This document shows, piece by piece, positions 9,648-18,579 of a stretch of DNA of 64,000 nucleotides (its first letter is position 1; each line of letters starts with the position of its first letter). The DNA comes from an uncultured Candidatus Saccharibacteria bacterium (GTDB taxonomy: Bacteria; Patescibacteriota; Minisyncoccia; Phycocordibacterales; UBA9973), in contig CAZQSY010000005.1 of the NCBI GenBank assembly GCA_964596395.1, positions 1,628 through 65,627 on the forward strand. Reading direction: 5' to 3'. The notes under the pieces were generated by a model. It searched no databases. It was not told the origin of the DNA and saw only the letters and a list, made by a program, of their open reading frames with translations. The translations under genes and the position numbers were made by a program.

Positions 9648-11408
9648 TCACGACAAAAATCCCCCGGTTTGATGGTTCCAGAGATTGGCGTAAAAACCGC
9701 CCTTAGCCAAGAGTTCTTTATGCGTGCCTTCTTCGGCGATTTCGCCTTTGTCTAAGACGATAATCCTGTCCATTTTTTGGACGGTCGAGAGACGGTGAGC
9801 GACTATCAACACGGTCTTGCCTTTCATTAATTCGTTTAAGGCCTCCTGAATATAATGCTCGCTCACGCTGTCGAGCGAGGATGTCGCTTCGTCTAAAATA
9901 AGTATCGGAGAATTTTTGAGCATCGCCCTCGCGATTGCCACTCTCTGTCTTTCCCCGCCGGATAGTTTTACCCCGCGCTCCCCCACCAGCGTATCGTACC
10001 CCTGAGGCAGTTTTGAAATAAATTCGTCCGCATGGGCCTTTTTGGCTACATCAATAATTTCTTCCATAGTCGCCTCTGGCCTGCCATAATTTATATTTTC
10101 TTTGATTGGCCTATGGAAAAGTATCGGCTCCTGGGGAACGTAAGAAATCGCACCGCGCAGGTCGTCCTGGGTAATGCTTCTGATATCTTGGCCGTCAATG
10201 TAGATAGAGCCATTCGTCACATCGTTAAAGCGCAGCAAAAGCCGCGTGATGGTTGTCTTGCCCGCTCCGGAATGCCCCACAATGCCCACCCTCTCGCCCG
10301 GCTTCACTTCAAGATTAAAATTCGACAGAACCCCGTCCCCCAGTTCGTACTTGAAAGAAACATTTTCAAACAAAATACGCCCTTCTTTTATTTTGCATAC
10401 CTCGGGGTGTTTCGGGTCTAAAATATCTGGAACCTTTTCAAAAATATCAATCATCTCTTTCATATCCGAAGCGCCCTTCATGAATTTCGTCAGCGCGTTG
10501 GAAAGGTCCCACAATCTGACGGTTATCATCACCATGTAGGTCTGTACCAACACCACCGTACCGGCAGAAATTTCACCCTTTCCCCACAGGTAGACCGCAA
10601 TAGAAAGCAGAGAACCCTGAATGAGTATGGAGAAAATGCTTTGCATGAGGTCAATTTTCCCCCCGAAATAAGAGGCCCTCTTGCTGCGCAGCGCCCCTTC
10701 GTCGACATATTTGCCGAAAGATTCTATCTCGCGCCCTCTCGCAGAGAAAAATTTGACGGCCAGTATATTGCCAAACACATCAGCCAACCGTCCGCTGATA
10801 CTCGAGTCCTGTTCCGCTTCGGCGATGTCATACTTCATTTTCTTTTTTATGAAAAACGAAACAGTAGAAACATATAAGATGGTCAAACCGAAAAAGCTGG
10901 CGCTGATGATTTTCGATTCTTGCGACAAAATTACAAAAACGCCGGTGAGAGACACGAGGATGGGCAAAAATTCGAAAATAAATATGCCAAACATCGTATC
11001 AAAGGCGTACACAAAACGCCTGGATTTTGTTACCAAGCTGCCGGCGAAGGTGTTGGCAAAAAAAGTCGGAGAATTCTTTTCCACCGCCTGAAAAGCGAAG
11101 TTCCTGAGCCGGCGCACGACATTCACCGAAAAATTGTAATAAATAAACTGCCGACTGCGCGCGAAAAATCCGGTCAATATGAAAAACCCGATGATTTTGG
11201 CAACCTGCCGGAAAATCTGTTCCGACGCGGAGGCGCGGTCTGCCCCGGCGCTTGAGATTGCATCTATTATATTTTTGAAATAGAAAGGTACGAGAACCGA
11301 ATCAATCACCACCCGAAAAATAAGCAGTACGATAATGCTCCAAAAGGCAAGCTGGTGCGCCCGCATGTGCGGCCAAATATATTTCCAAATCTTCCTAAAT
11401 AAAGACAT
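9648..11408 (-). CDS. ABC transporter, fused permease/ATP-binding (MsbA/lipid-exporter type)
   Basis: 586 aa. Six N-terminal TM helices, then Walker A GHSGAGKTT, signature LSGGERQRVAIARAM, Walker B ILILDEATS. Confidence 0.85.
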   Translation of the reverse strand: MSLFRKIWKYIWPHMRAHQLAFWSIIVLLIFRVVIDSVLVPFYFKNIIDAISSAGADRASASEQIFRQVAKIIGFFILTGFFARSRQFIYYNFSVNVVRRLRNFAFQAVEKNSPTFFANTFAGSLVTKSRRFVYAFDTMFGIFIFEFLPILVSLTGVFVILSQESKIISASFFGLTILYVSTVSFFIKKKMKYDIAEAEQDSSISGRLADVFGNILAVKFFSARGREIESFGKYVDEGALRSKRASYFGGKIDLMQSIFSILIQGSLLSIAVYLWGKGEISAGTVVLVQTYMVMITVRLWDLSNALTKFMKGASDMKEMIDIFEKVPDILDPKHPEVCKIKEGRILFENVSFKYELGDGVLSNFNLEVKPGERVGIVGHSGAGKTTITRLLLRFNDVTNGSIYIDGQDIRSITQDDLRGAISYVPQEPILFHRPIKENINYGRPEATMEEIIDVAKKAHADEFISKLPQGYDTLVGERGVKLSGGERQRVAIARAMLKNSPILILDEATSSLDSVSEHYIQEALNELMKGKTVLIVAHRLSTVQKMDRIIVLDKGEIAEEGTHKELLAKGGFYANLWNHQTGGFLS

Positions 11409-11439
11409 GGTGTGGATTCTAGCAAAAAAGCCCTATTTT

Positions 11440-13119
11440 TTAAAGCTCCTCCTGCGGGGGCAGAAGCACTTCGGCTTTTGAGAATTTTGTTCTGAAAGCC
11501 AAAGAAAGTTCCTCGAGTTCTTCATTCTTAAGCAGGCGCAAGATTATTATGCCGGCGCCAATGCCTAAAATCCCCGAAAGCAGGCCCTGCAGGAAAATTC
11601 CCCAGAAAGTGGTGGTGCCGAATATCGGCGAGAAAAAATTCAACCCGATGTAAGCGACGAAGCCAATGAAAAAAGACGCGCCCAGGCTCTGAAAGAATGT
11701 CTTGGTGATGAACGACTCGCCCTGCATAAAATCCTTTCGCACGAAGTACCACCCTAAAATTGAATTCAGTATGGTACCACACGAGTACGCGAGCGGGAGC
11801 ATCAGCACTTCCGTGCCTGAGATATCCTCGACTTTTAGCAAGGATTCCATGAAATACCGAAAAGACAAGATGTTCTGAAAAGCGTGAGTGAATAAATAAG
11901 CCAGAAGAACTATCAGGGTAGAACAAAGAAGATTTATAGCGAGCGGGCGCCGGGTGTTGCCCATGGCGTAATACGCGCGGGAAAGAAGCGCTACCATGCC
12001 CTGCGCGAGTACCGAGACCGAGAAAATAGCCACCGAGGCCGCGACTAATCTTGTATCGTCCCAAGAAAACGAACCCGAGCCGAGCGCCACGCGCACGATC
12101 TGCGCGCGCAACACGATAAAAAGAAAAATAACCGGCAGGGACCAGAATACTATTTGCCGAGCCGTCTCTTTCAGGTGATTTTTGAAAAGAATCTTGTCGC
12201 CTACCCCGAAAGATTTAACCAAAGTCGGAAAAGCTGCCACCGCGTAGGAAACCCCGATTATCGTAACCGGCACCGATTGCAAATTAAAGGAAAAATTAAA
12301 AACCGAAATTGAACCGCCGACAAAATACGAAGCAAAAGCGATGATGAAGATAAGAGCCATGTTATTGAAAGAAAGCCCCAGGGTCCTGGGGAGAGAGTTG
12401 AACGTAATTTCTTTTATCTCCTTCCAATCTATACGCAAAGAAAAAGCGGGCCTGAATCCACACAGGAAAGACGATAGAAATTGTACGACAAAATGCATGA
12501 ACGCGCCTAAGACCACGCCCAAGGCGAGCCCCTTTATACCGAAACTCGGGTAAAGCAAAATCACCCCGATAATTATTCCGAGGTTGTAAAAAATCGGGCT
12601 CAGAGAATAAAGAAAAAACCGGCGGAAAAGCTGGGTGACTGTGCCAAAAAGATTCGAGAGCCCCAGCAGAATCGGAGACACCAGCATTATTCTCGAGAAA
12701 ACGACCACCCTGTCCTGCATTACTTCGCCGAAACCGGGCGCAACGAAAGAGACAAGCATCGGCATAAGCACGAAAACCAGAGCCGAGATTACCGCCAAGG
12801 CCGCGAAGAAAACCGTAAACACGTTGTTGAGGAGAACACGCGATTCTGCCGTCACTTCGTTGCCGCGCATTTTCTTTGCGATAAAAGGCACCAGCACGGT
12901 GACCGAAGCGAGAGAAGCAATCGAAATAAAAATGAAATCGGGAACGCGAAAAGCCGCGTAGTAGGCGTCGAGCTCGGGAGACGGACCAATGAAATGCGCG
13001 ATTGCCCGGTCGCGAAAGAGCCCCAAAATCTGGGACAGAAAAGTGAAAAAACCGAGCAGAATAGCGGCTTGGTTTATGTTACTGTATTCCCTGCCAAAGA
13101 TTCTTAAAATTCTCTGCAT
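11440..13119 (-). CDS. murJ: Lipid II flippase MurJ (MviN family)
   Basis: 559 aa polytopic membrane protein; N-terminus AAILLGFFTFLSQILGLFRDRAIAHFIGPSPELDAYYAAFRVPDF is a MurJ hallmark. Confidence 0.85.
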   Translation of the reverse strand: MQRILRIFGREYSNINQAAILLGFFTFLSQILGLFRDRAIAHFIGPSPELDAYYAAFRVPDFIFISIASLASVTVLVPFIAKKMRGNEVTAESRVLLNNVFTVFFAALAVISALVFVLMPMLVSFVAPGFGEVMQDRVVVFSRIMLVSPILLGLSNLFGTVTQLFRRFFLYSLSPIFYNLGIIIGVILLYPSFGIKGLALGVVLGAFMHFVVQFLSSFLCGFRPAFSLRIDWKEIKEITFNSLPRTLGLSFNNMALIFIIAFASYFVGGSISVFNFSFNLQSVPVTIIGVSYAVAAFPTLVKSFGVGDKILFKNHLKETARQIVFWSLPVIFLFIVLRAQIVRVALGSGSFSWDDTRLVAASVAIFSVSVLAQGMVALLSRAYYAMGNTRRPLAINLLCSTLIVLLAYLFTHAFQNILSFRYFMESLLKVEDISGTEVLMLPLAYSCGTILNSILGWYFVRKDFMQGESFITKTFFQSLGASFFIGFVAYIGLNFFSPIFGTTTFWGIFLQGLLSGILGIGAGIIILRLLKNEELEELSLAFRTKFSKAEVLLPPQEEL

Positions 13120-13135
13120 CTGCGGACTTTTATTT

Positions 13136-16114
13136 TTACGCCAAAATATTTATAAGTCTGTTTTTTACGTAGATTGCTCTCTTTATAGGATTGCCAGCCA
13201 TGTGTTTTGCTACATTTTCATCGGCCAGCGCCTTGTTTTTTACTGTTTCTTCCGAATCGCCGGCGTTTACCAATATTTCCGAACGTACCTTGCCGTTTAC
13301 CTGCACGGCGATTTTTACTTCTTCGTCTTTGAGCAATTTTTCTTCCCACTTCGGCCATGGAGATAAATGTATACTTTTCTTTTCGCCAAGTTCATGCCAA
13401 ATATATTCTGTCACATACGGCGCGAAGGGAGCGAGAATTTGCAGAAATTTTTTGAAATCCTCCGTTGAAATATAATCTGCTTTATCCATTTCTCCGGCTA
13501 GCACCATCATAGCCGAAACAGCCGTGTTAAAACGCATGTTTTCAATATCTTCCGAGACTTTTTTGATGGTTTTATGAAGAAGTTTTGAAAGAGGGGAAGG
13601 CAAGGAATTTTTAAGAGTCGTGGGTTCCCTGCCCTCATGACTCCGAGGGCGAAGGCTCAGAAAATTCTTTGCATTCCCCTCTTTGACCTTTTGCCCGATT
13701 CGCCACACTTTTTCTATAAACCTGCGCGGGCCGATGATGCTCTCGGTACTCCAAACCGCCGCTTCTTCGAACGGGCCCATAAACATTTCGTACACGCGTA
13801 GAGTGTCCGCGCCGTAAGTTTTGATGATGTCGTCAGGATTCACCACATTACCTAAAGATTTAGACATTTTTACTCCCCCTTCGCCTAAAATCATTCCGTG
13901 CGAAGTCCGCTTCGCGTACGGTTCCGGCGTCGGCACCAGCTTAAGGTCATACAAAAACTTGTGCCAGAAACGCGAATACAGAAGGTGCAGTGTAGTATGT
14001 TCCATGCCTCCGTTGTACCAATCTACTCCGCCAGGACCCAACTTGGAAGTCCGACTTCCAAGTGACTTGCCAAGCCAATATTTTAAATTTTTCTTGCTTG
14101 CGAATTCTTTATTATTTTTCGGGTCGGTGTAGCGCAAATAATACCAGGAACTCCCGGCCCAGTTTGGCATTGTGTCTGTTTCTCTTTTAGCCGGGCCTTT
14201 GCACTTCGGGCATTTAGTGTTTACCCATTTTGAAATCGAAGCCAGTGGCGACTCGCCGGTATCTGTCGGCTTGTAGCTTTTCACTTCCGGCAATTTCACC
14301 GGCAAATCTTTTTCCGGCACAGGCACCCAGCCGGCATTCAACTTGGAAGTCCGACTTCCAAGCAAGTCCTTCTTCTGGCAATTTTCACAAAACACTAACG
14401 GTATCGGCTCGCCCCAATATCTCTGCCGCGAGAAAACCCAGTCGCGCAGTTTAAATTTGGTAACAATTTTGCCGTCCACAAAATCCGTTATTTTTTTCTT
14501 CGCTTCTTCGGAATTTAAGCCGTCAAACCTGCCGGAGTTTGCAAGAATACCTTCTCCCGCATAAATTTCTAAACCATTCTTAAAAGCCCGCCAATCTCTA
14601 AGCGCTGCTCCTTTTAAGACATTCTCTACCTCTTCCGGTAAAAGCCATTTGGGTTCATGTTTTTCTTTTTCTTCTTCCGATAACTCTATATGTTCACCAT
14701 TCTTCAATTCAAAATAAAGATGGTGAAAATGGGCAAAACGATTTTCTTTTTTCAGAACATGAAAAAACTTTTCGTGAGAACGATACAATTCTTTCACGAA
14801 CACAGGATTCAAGTACCCCGTTTCTTCTTTTATCTCTCTAATGGCCGACTTTACCGAGTCTTCCCCTTCTTCAATTCCCCCGGTTATGAAAGTTATCCAT
14901 CCTCCCTTCTTCCAAAACAAAATTAAATATTTATCAAGAGCCCAATGTTTGACAATCGCGTGCGTTGCATTCCTCTCTATAAACTGAAGCCCCTCCTTCG
15001 GCTTATCTTCTTCGCTGATAAAAATCGGTTCAATGACATTCTTGATTGGCAAATTGTATTTTTTCGCAAACTCGTTATCCCGTTCGTCGTGCGCCGGCAC
15101 AGCCATGATGGCGCCGGTGCCATATTCGGGTAATACATAATCCGCGATAAAAATCGGAATCTCCTCATTGTTTGCCGGATTTACCGCCTTTATTCCTTTG
15201 AGTTCAACGCCGGTTTTTTCTTTGCTCTCGGCTGTACGTTCCATTTCTGTTTTCGTTTTGTTCGCCAGGATGTACTGCCACACCTCGCTCCAGTTGGAAA
15301 TATTATGCCGGAGTTTTTGCACCACCTCGTGCTCGGGCGCCAGCACCAGATAAGTCGCGCCGAAAAGGGTATCCGCGCGAGTAGTGAAAACCTCTATGTC
15401 AAAGGGCACCTTTGACACTTTAAATTTAATCAACACGCCTTCAGACTTTCCTATCCAGTTCCTCTGCTGAATTTTTACCCGCTCCGGATAATCCACCAAA
15501 TCCAAATCCTTATCGAGCCGGTCGGCGTACTTGGTAATCGCGAGCATCCATTGCTCTTTTTCCCTTTTTTCCGTTTGGCTGCCGCAGCGTTCACAGACAC
15601 CCCCAACCGCTTCTTCGTTGGCAAGCCCGATTTTACATTTCGGGCACCAATTTATGTATGACTTCGCCTTGTACGCCAAACCTTTTTTGAAAAGCTGTAA
15701 AAATATCCACTGCGTCCACTTGTAATATTTCGGGTCAGTAGTGTTTATCTCGCGGGGCCAGTCAAAAGAAAAACCAAGTGATTTGAGCTGCCGGCGAAAA
15801 GTATCCGTATTTTTCTTTGTTACCAGCGCCGGCTTCTCCCCCGTTTTTATTGCGTAATTTTCAGTAGGCAGACCAAAAGCGTCCCATCCGATGGGATACA
15901 AGACATTCTGGCCTTCCATTCGCCTTTTTCTGGCGATGATATCCATCGCCGCGTAGCTCCGAATATGGCCGGTATGCAACCCGGCGCCCGAAGGATACGG
16001 AAATTCTACCAGCGGGTAAAACTTTTTCCCCTTATCTGTCGCTCGATAGATTTTTTTCTTTTCCCATTCCTTCCAAACTTTCGGCTCAATTTTTTGGTGG
16101 TCGTAATTTTTCAT
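13136..16114 (-). CDS. leuS: Leucyl-tRNA synthetase carrying an internal NUDIX domain and three small in-frame repeat-element insertions
   Basis: 992 aa. HIGH-type motif PYPSGAGLHTGH, CP1 editing domain TTRADTLFGATY, KMSKS (VKMSKSLGNVV). Extra segments: Nudix box GGIEEGEDSVKSAIREIKEETGY; two LGSRTSKL octapeptides encoded by a 23-bp palindrome; a ~24-aa segment KNFLSLRPRSHEGREPTTLKNSLP encoded by a 70-bp repeat. Confidence 0.95.
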   Translation of the reverse strand: MKNYDHQKIEPKVWKEWEKKKIYRATDKGKKFYPLVEFPYPSGAGLHTGHIRSYAAMDIIARKRRMEGQNVLYPIGWDAFGLPTENYAIKTGEKPALVTKKNTDTFRRQLKSLGFSFDWPREINTTDPKYYKWTQWIFLQLFKKGLAYKAKSYINWCPKCKIGLANEEAVGGVCERCGSQTEKREKEQWMLAITKYADRLDKDLDLVDYPERVKIQQRNWIGKSEGVLIKFKVSKVPFDIEVFTTRADTLFGATYLVLAPEHEVVQKLRHNISNWSEVWQYILANKTKTEMERTAESKEKTGVELKGIKAVNPANNEEIPIFIADYVLPEYGTGAIMAVPAHDERDNEFAKKYNLPIKNVIEPIFISEEDKPKEGLQFIERNATHAIVKHWALDKYLILFWKKGGWITFITGGIEEGEDSVKSAIREIKEETGYLNPVFVKELYRSHEKFFHVLKKENRFAHFHHLYFELKNGEHIELSEEEKEKHEPKWLLPEEVENVLKGAALRDWRAFKNGLEIYAGEGILANSGRFDGLNSEEAKKKITDFVDGKIVTKFKLRDWVFSRQRYWGEPIPLVFCENCQKKDLLGSRTSKLNAGWVPVPEKDLPVKLPEVKSYKPTDTGESPLASISKWVNTKCPKCKGPAKRETDTMPNWAGSSWYYLRYTDPKNNKEFASKKNLKYWLGKSLGSRTSKLGPGGVDWYNGGMEHTTLHLLYSRFWHKFLYDLKLVPTPEPYAKRTSHGMILGEGGVKMSKSLGNVVNPDDIIKTYGADTLRVYEMFMGPFEEAAVWSTESIIGPRRFIEKVWRIGQKVKEGNAKNFLSLRPRSHEGREPTTLKNSLPSPLSKLLHKTIKKVSEDIENMRFNTAVSAMMVLAGEMDKADYISTEDFKKFLQILAPFAPYVTEYIWHELGEKKSIHLSPWPKWEEKLLKDEEVKIAVQVNGKVRSEILVNAGDSEETVKNKALADENVAKHMAGNPIKRAIYVKNRLINILA
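13607..13673. repeat. Family-2 MITE-like element (~70 bp), copy 1, in-frame inside leuS
   Basis: ggaatttttaagagtcgtgggttccctgccctcatgactccgagggcgaaggctcagaaaattcttt. About 80% identical to 18100-18169. AGAATTTT-type terminal inverted repeats and a GC-rich core hairpin (gccctc...gagggc). Confidence 0.6.
14041..14063. repeat. REP-like 23-bp perfect palindrome (copy A), in-frame inside leuS
   Basis: ACTTGGAAGTCCGACTTCCAAGT; encodes LGSRTSKL on the leuS strand just before the conserved VDWY.GG.EH..LHLLY block. Confidence 0.8.
14341..14363. repeat. REP-like palindrome (copy B, 22/23), in-frame inside leuS
   Basis: ACTTGGAAGTCCGACTTCCAAGc, exactly 300 bp from copy A. Encodes a second LGSRTSKL just before the conserved VPVPEKDLPV block. 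Confidence 0.8.
14555..15025 (-). other. NUDIX hydrolase domain (~155 aa) inserted in LeuRS between the editing domain and the ZN/leucyl-specific region
   Basis: Nudix box G-x5-E-x7-REUxEExGU satisfied exactly by GGIEEGEDSVKSAIREIKEETGY (nt 14813-14881). Flanking residues NLPIKNVIEP and GILANSGRFDGL match contiguous E. coli LeuRS positions. Confidence 0.7.
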
Positions 16115-16125
16115 ACCCCTGCGGA

Positions 16126-17166
16126 TTATCTTGCCGGCTTAGGGTAAGGCGGATACATATCCTTGTCTATCGTCCTTTCGAAACACGTTCGGCCGGCTTC
16201 ATGGTCCCAGGATTCATTAACCCCACCCCCAGGATACGGGTAAGAAACCGCGACATCTTTTTCTGGATAACCCATCATAGGCACTGTCCTTCCTCCGCTA
16301 TATTCTCTCCAACCCTTCGGCATCGGCAAAGAGAAAGCGGCGCAAAGCTCAAAAGTAAGTTTCTTTGCATCTTTAACAGCGTATTCGTAAGCCATGCCCT
16401 TTTCAAACTCCGGGTCAACCGGCAAGCTGTAACCCGAAAGAGGGTTAGCCAGGTCAGAAAGTTTTTCGGGCAGTTTCTCTTTTTGCTGCCAGTAGTTTAT
16501 CACTTGATATTGCATATTCATAAGGTCGTTCACCCGCCGGTCGTCAAGACGGAGCTGTCTTTGTTTAAAAGGACTGCCCATTACGGTAAAGCTCCAGATA
16601 ATCACCAGCAAGACCAGCGCGCTCGACTTGATTGAGGCAGAAAGTCCGATGCCGACGCCGAAAACCTTTTCTTTCTTTTTGAGTTCAAAAATAAAATAAA
16701 AGCCCACATACAAAGCGACTATCAAAACCGCTGTTACTTTCAATATAAATCTCGTGGTTACTTCGCCCGAGATGAAGTACCTTATCAGGGCCACCAGGTC
16801 TACCGCCGCCACAATTGAAGACAGAAAAAGTATGACGTATATCACCCACCTTCGCACAATTTCATCGCCCGCTCCTATCACCCCCCTCCCGTACTTCTTC
16901 CAAAAACGAGAGACAATCAAAAAAACCGGAAAGAAAATAATGAGCGTGGCCAGCGCGAAGCGCATCCCTTCGTAATCGTAAACCGAGTATCCGTACTGGT
17001 AAGATGAATTCAAGACATCCGGGAAACGCTTGTTGAGCGTCTCAAAAACGAGATTAAGGAAAGATGTTACGGAAGTTATTAAAGTTATGAGTAATCCAAG
17101 AGACAGGAAAAAGAATCCCGCAGAAACCTTTTGCCTGACTGGCTGCAAAACTTGTTGTGTTTCCAT
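16126..17166 (-). CDS. hypothetical polytopic membrane protein
   Basis: 346 aa with several N-terminal TM segments and a C-terminal soluble region; no family recognised. Confidence 0.4.
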   Translation of the reverse strand: METQQVLQPVRQKVSAGFFFLSLGLLITLITSVTSFLNLVFETLNKRFPDVLNSSYQYGYSVYDYEGMRFALATLIIFFPVFLIVSRFWKKYGRGVIGAGDEIVRRWVIYVILFLSSIVAAVDLVALIRYFISGEVTTRFILKVTAVLIVALYVGFYFIFELKKKEKVFGVGIGLSASIKSSALVLLVIIWSFTVMGSPFKQRQLRLDDRRVNDLMNMQYQVINYWQQKEKLPEKLSDLANPLSGYSLPVDPEFEKGMAYEYAVKDAKKLTFELCAAFSLPMPKGWREYSGGRTVPMMGYPEKDVAVSYPYPGGGVNESWDHEAGRTCFERTIDKDMYPPYPKPAR

Positions 17167-17213
17167 AAGGAATAATATATCATATTTCCGCGAGTATATT
17201 AAGGTGCAAAAAT

Positions 17214-17585
17214 ATGGACAAGAAGTTTGACGATTTTTCTAAAAAAATAACAAGATGGATAGGGTCCCCTTCTTCTCTGATAATGCACTCTCTGTTTTTC
17301 GCGGGAATTTTTTTCCTGAAAATATTCGGGGTATCTTCCGACGAAATTCTCTTGATCCTCACCACGATTGTATCGCTCGAAGCGATTTACTTGTCGATTT
17401 TCATACAAATGACCGTAAACAGGCACACCAAAGAGCTCAAAGAGGTCTCTAAAGATGTTGAAGAAATCCAGGAAAGCGTGAGTGAAATAGAAGAAAGCGT
17501 GGAAGAAATTGAAGAAGATGTCGGGGACATTGTGGAAGATATCGAAGACGGAGACAAAACAAGAATCATCGAGAGCTCCAAATAG
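17214..17585 (+). CDS. DUF1003-family small membrane protein
   Basis: 123 aa. Two TM helices with ILTTIVSLEAIYLSIFIQMTVNRHTKE matching the DUF1003 core, followed by an acidic coiled-coil tail. Confidence 0.5.
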   Translation: MDKKFDDFSKKITRWIGSPSSLIMHSLFFAGIFFLKIFGVSSDEILLILTTIVSLEAIYLSIFIQMTVNRHTKELKEVSKDVEEIQESVSEIEESVEEIEEDVGDIVEDIEDGDKTRIIESSK

Positions 17586-18567
17586 CGGTATTGGCCAGCG
17601 GGACAAAACGACTGTTTGATTTTTCAAAAATACACAACTCGCCTGATTCGGTTTTACCGCCGAGTTCCCGCATCGCGTCTTCCAGCGCGTATCCTAAGGC
17701 GAGCGAAGAAGAATCGGTAGCGTAAGAAGTAAGTATTACAAAAAGAGGATTGTCGCTCAAGACTTTTCTAGCATACGCGAGGAGTTTCGGTAAATCTTTT
17801 TCTATCTTCCACACTTCTCCCTTCGGCCCGCGGCCGAATTTCGGCGGGTCCATCATCACGCATTCATACCTGTTGCCGCGCTTCACTTCTCTTTCCAAAA
17901 ATTTCAAAGCGTCGTCCAAAATAATGCGCATCGGCATTCCCCCAAGCCCGGAAATTTTTTGGTTCTCCTTTACCCATTCCAGTATCTGCTTTGAAGCATC
18001 CACATGCGTGACCTCCGCCCCAGCCCGCAGAGCAAACAAACTCGCCACTCCGGTGTAGCCGAACAAATTCAAGAATTTAATCTTGGGTTGCCTCGGGGAA
18101 GAATTTTTAAGAAACGTGTGGGTTCCCTGTCCTTTTGTCTCCGAGGGCGCAGTTTCAAGAAAATTCTTTCCCGAGGCAATCCCTTTTATTTTTTCTTCTA
18201 TAAAATCCCAATGGCTGGCCTGCTCGGGGAAAAAACCCAAGTGGCGAAAGGGCGTGGGGGAAGCGAAAAATTTTGTGCCCTTGTAATTCATTTCCCATTT
18301 TTTGAGCAAGGACTCCCCTTGCTCATTTTTACTCCTCATTTCCCAGCCACCTCTCGCACCATCCTTCCCCGCCAAAAATTTCCCATCCGCCTCTGCCCAT
18401 TCTTTTACAAAAGTTTTCTGCCATAGAGCGCTTTCATACGGCCGCGCGAAAGTATACGGCCCAAATCTCTCGAGCTTCTCCCCTCCGCCGGTATCTAACA
18501 ATTCATAATCCCGCCAGTCATCGGCGCAGAAAATTTTAATTTCTTTTTTCATTCTAATATTATGCAT
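17566..18567 (-). CDS. Class I SAM-dependent rRNA methyltransferase, RlmI/YccW-like (PF10672), with in-frame 70-bp element insertion
   Basis: LNLFGYTGVASL (motif I), DASK, MDPPKFG (RlmI DPPKF motif). Extra ~25 aa KNFLETAPSETKGQGTHTFLKNSSP just before motif I. The start is probably the internal ATG giving MKKEIKIF (18552). Confidence 0.7.
   Translation of the reverse strand: MHNIRMKKEIKIFCADDWRDYELLDTGGGEKLERFGPYTFARPYESALWQKTFVKEWAEADGKFLAGKDGARGGWEMRSKNEQGESLLKKWEMNYKGTKFFASPTPFRHLGFFPEQASHWDFIEEKIKGIASGKNFLETAPSETKGQGTHTFLKNSSPRQPKIKFLNLFGYTGVASLFALRAGAEVTHVDASKQILEWVKENQKISGLGGMPMRIILDDALKFLEREVKRGNRYECVMMDPPKFGRGPKGEVWKIEKDLPKLLAYARKVLSDNPLFVILTSYATDSSSLALGYALEDAMRELGGKTESGELCIFEKSNSRFVPLANTAIWSSR
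18100..18169. repeat. Family-2 MITE-like element (~70 bp), copy 2, in-frame inside the RlmI-like methyltransferase gene
   Basis: agaatttttaagaaacgtgtgggttccctgtccttttgtctccgagggcgcagtttcaagaaaattcttt aligns with 13607-13673. Confidence 0.6.
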
Positions 18568-18579
18568 AATGTTATAATG

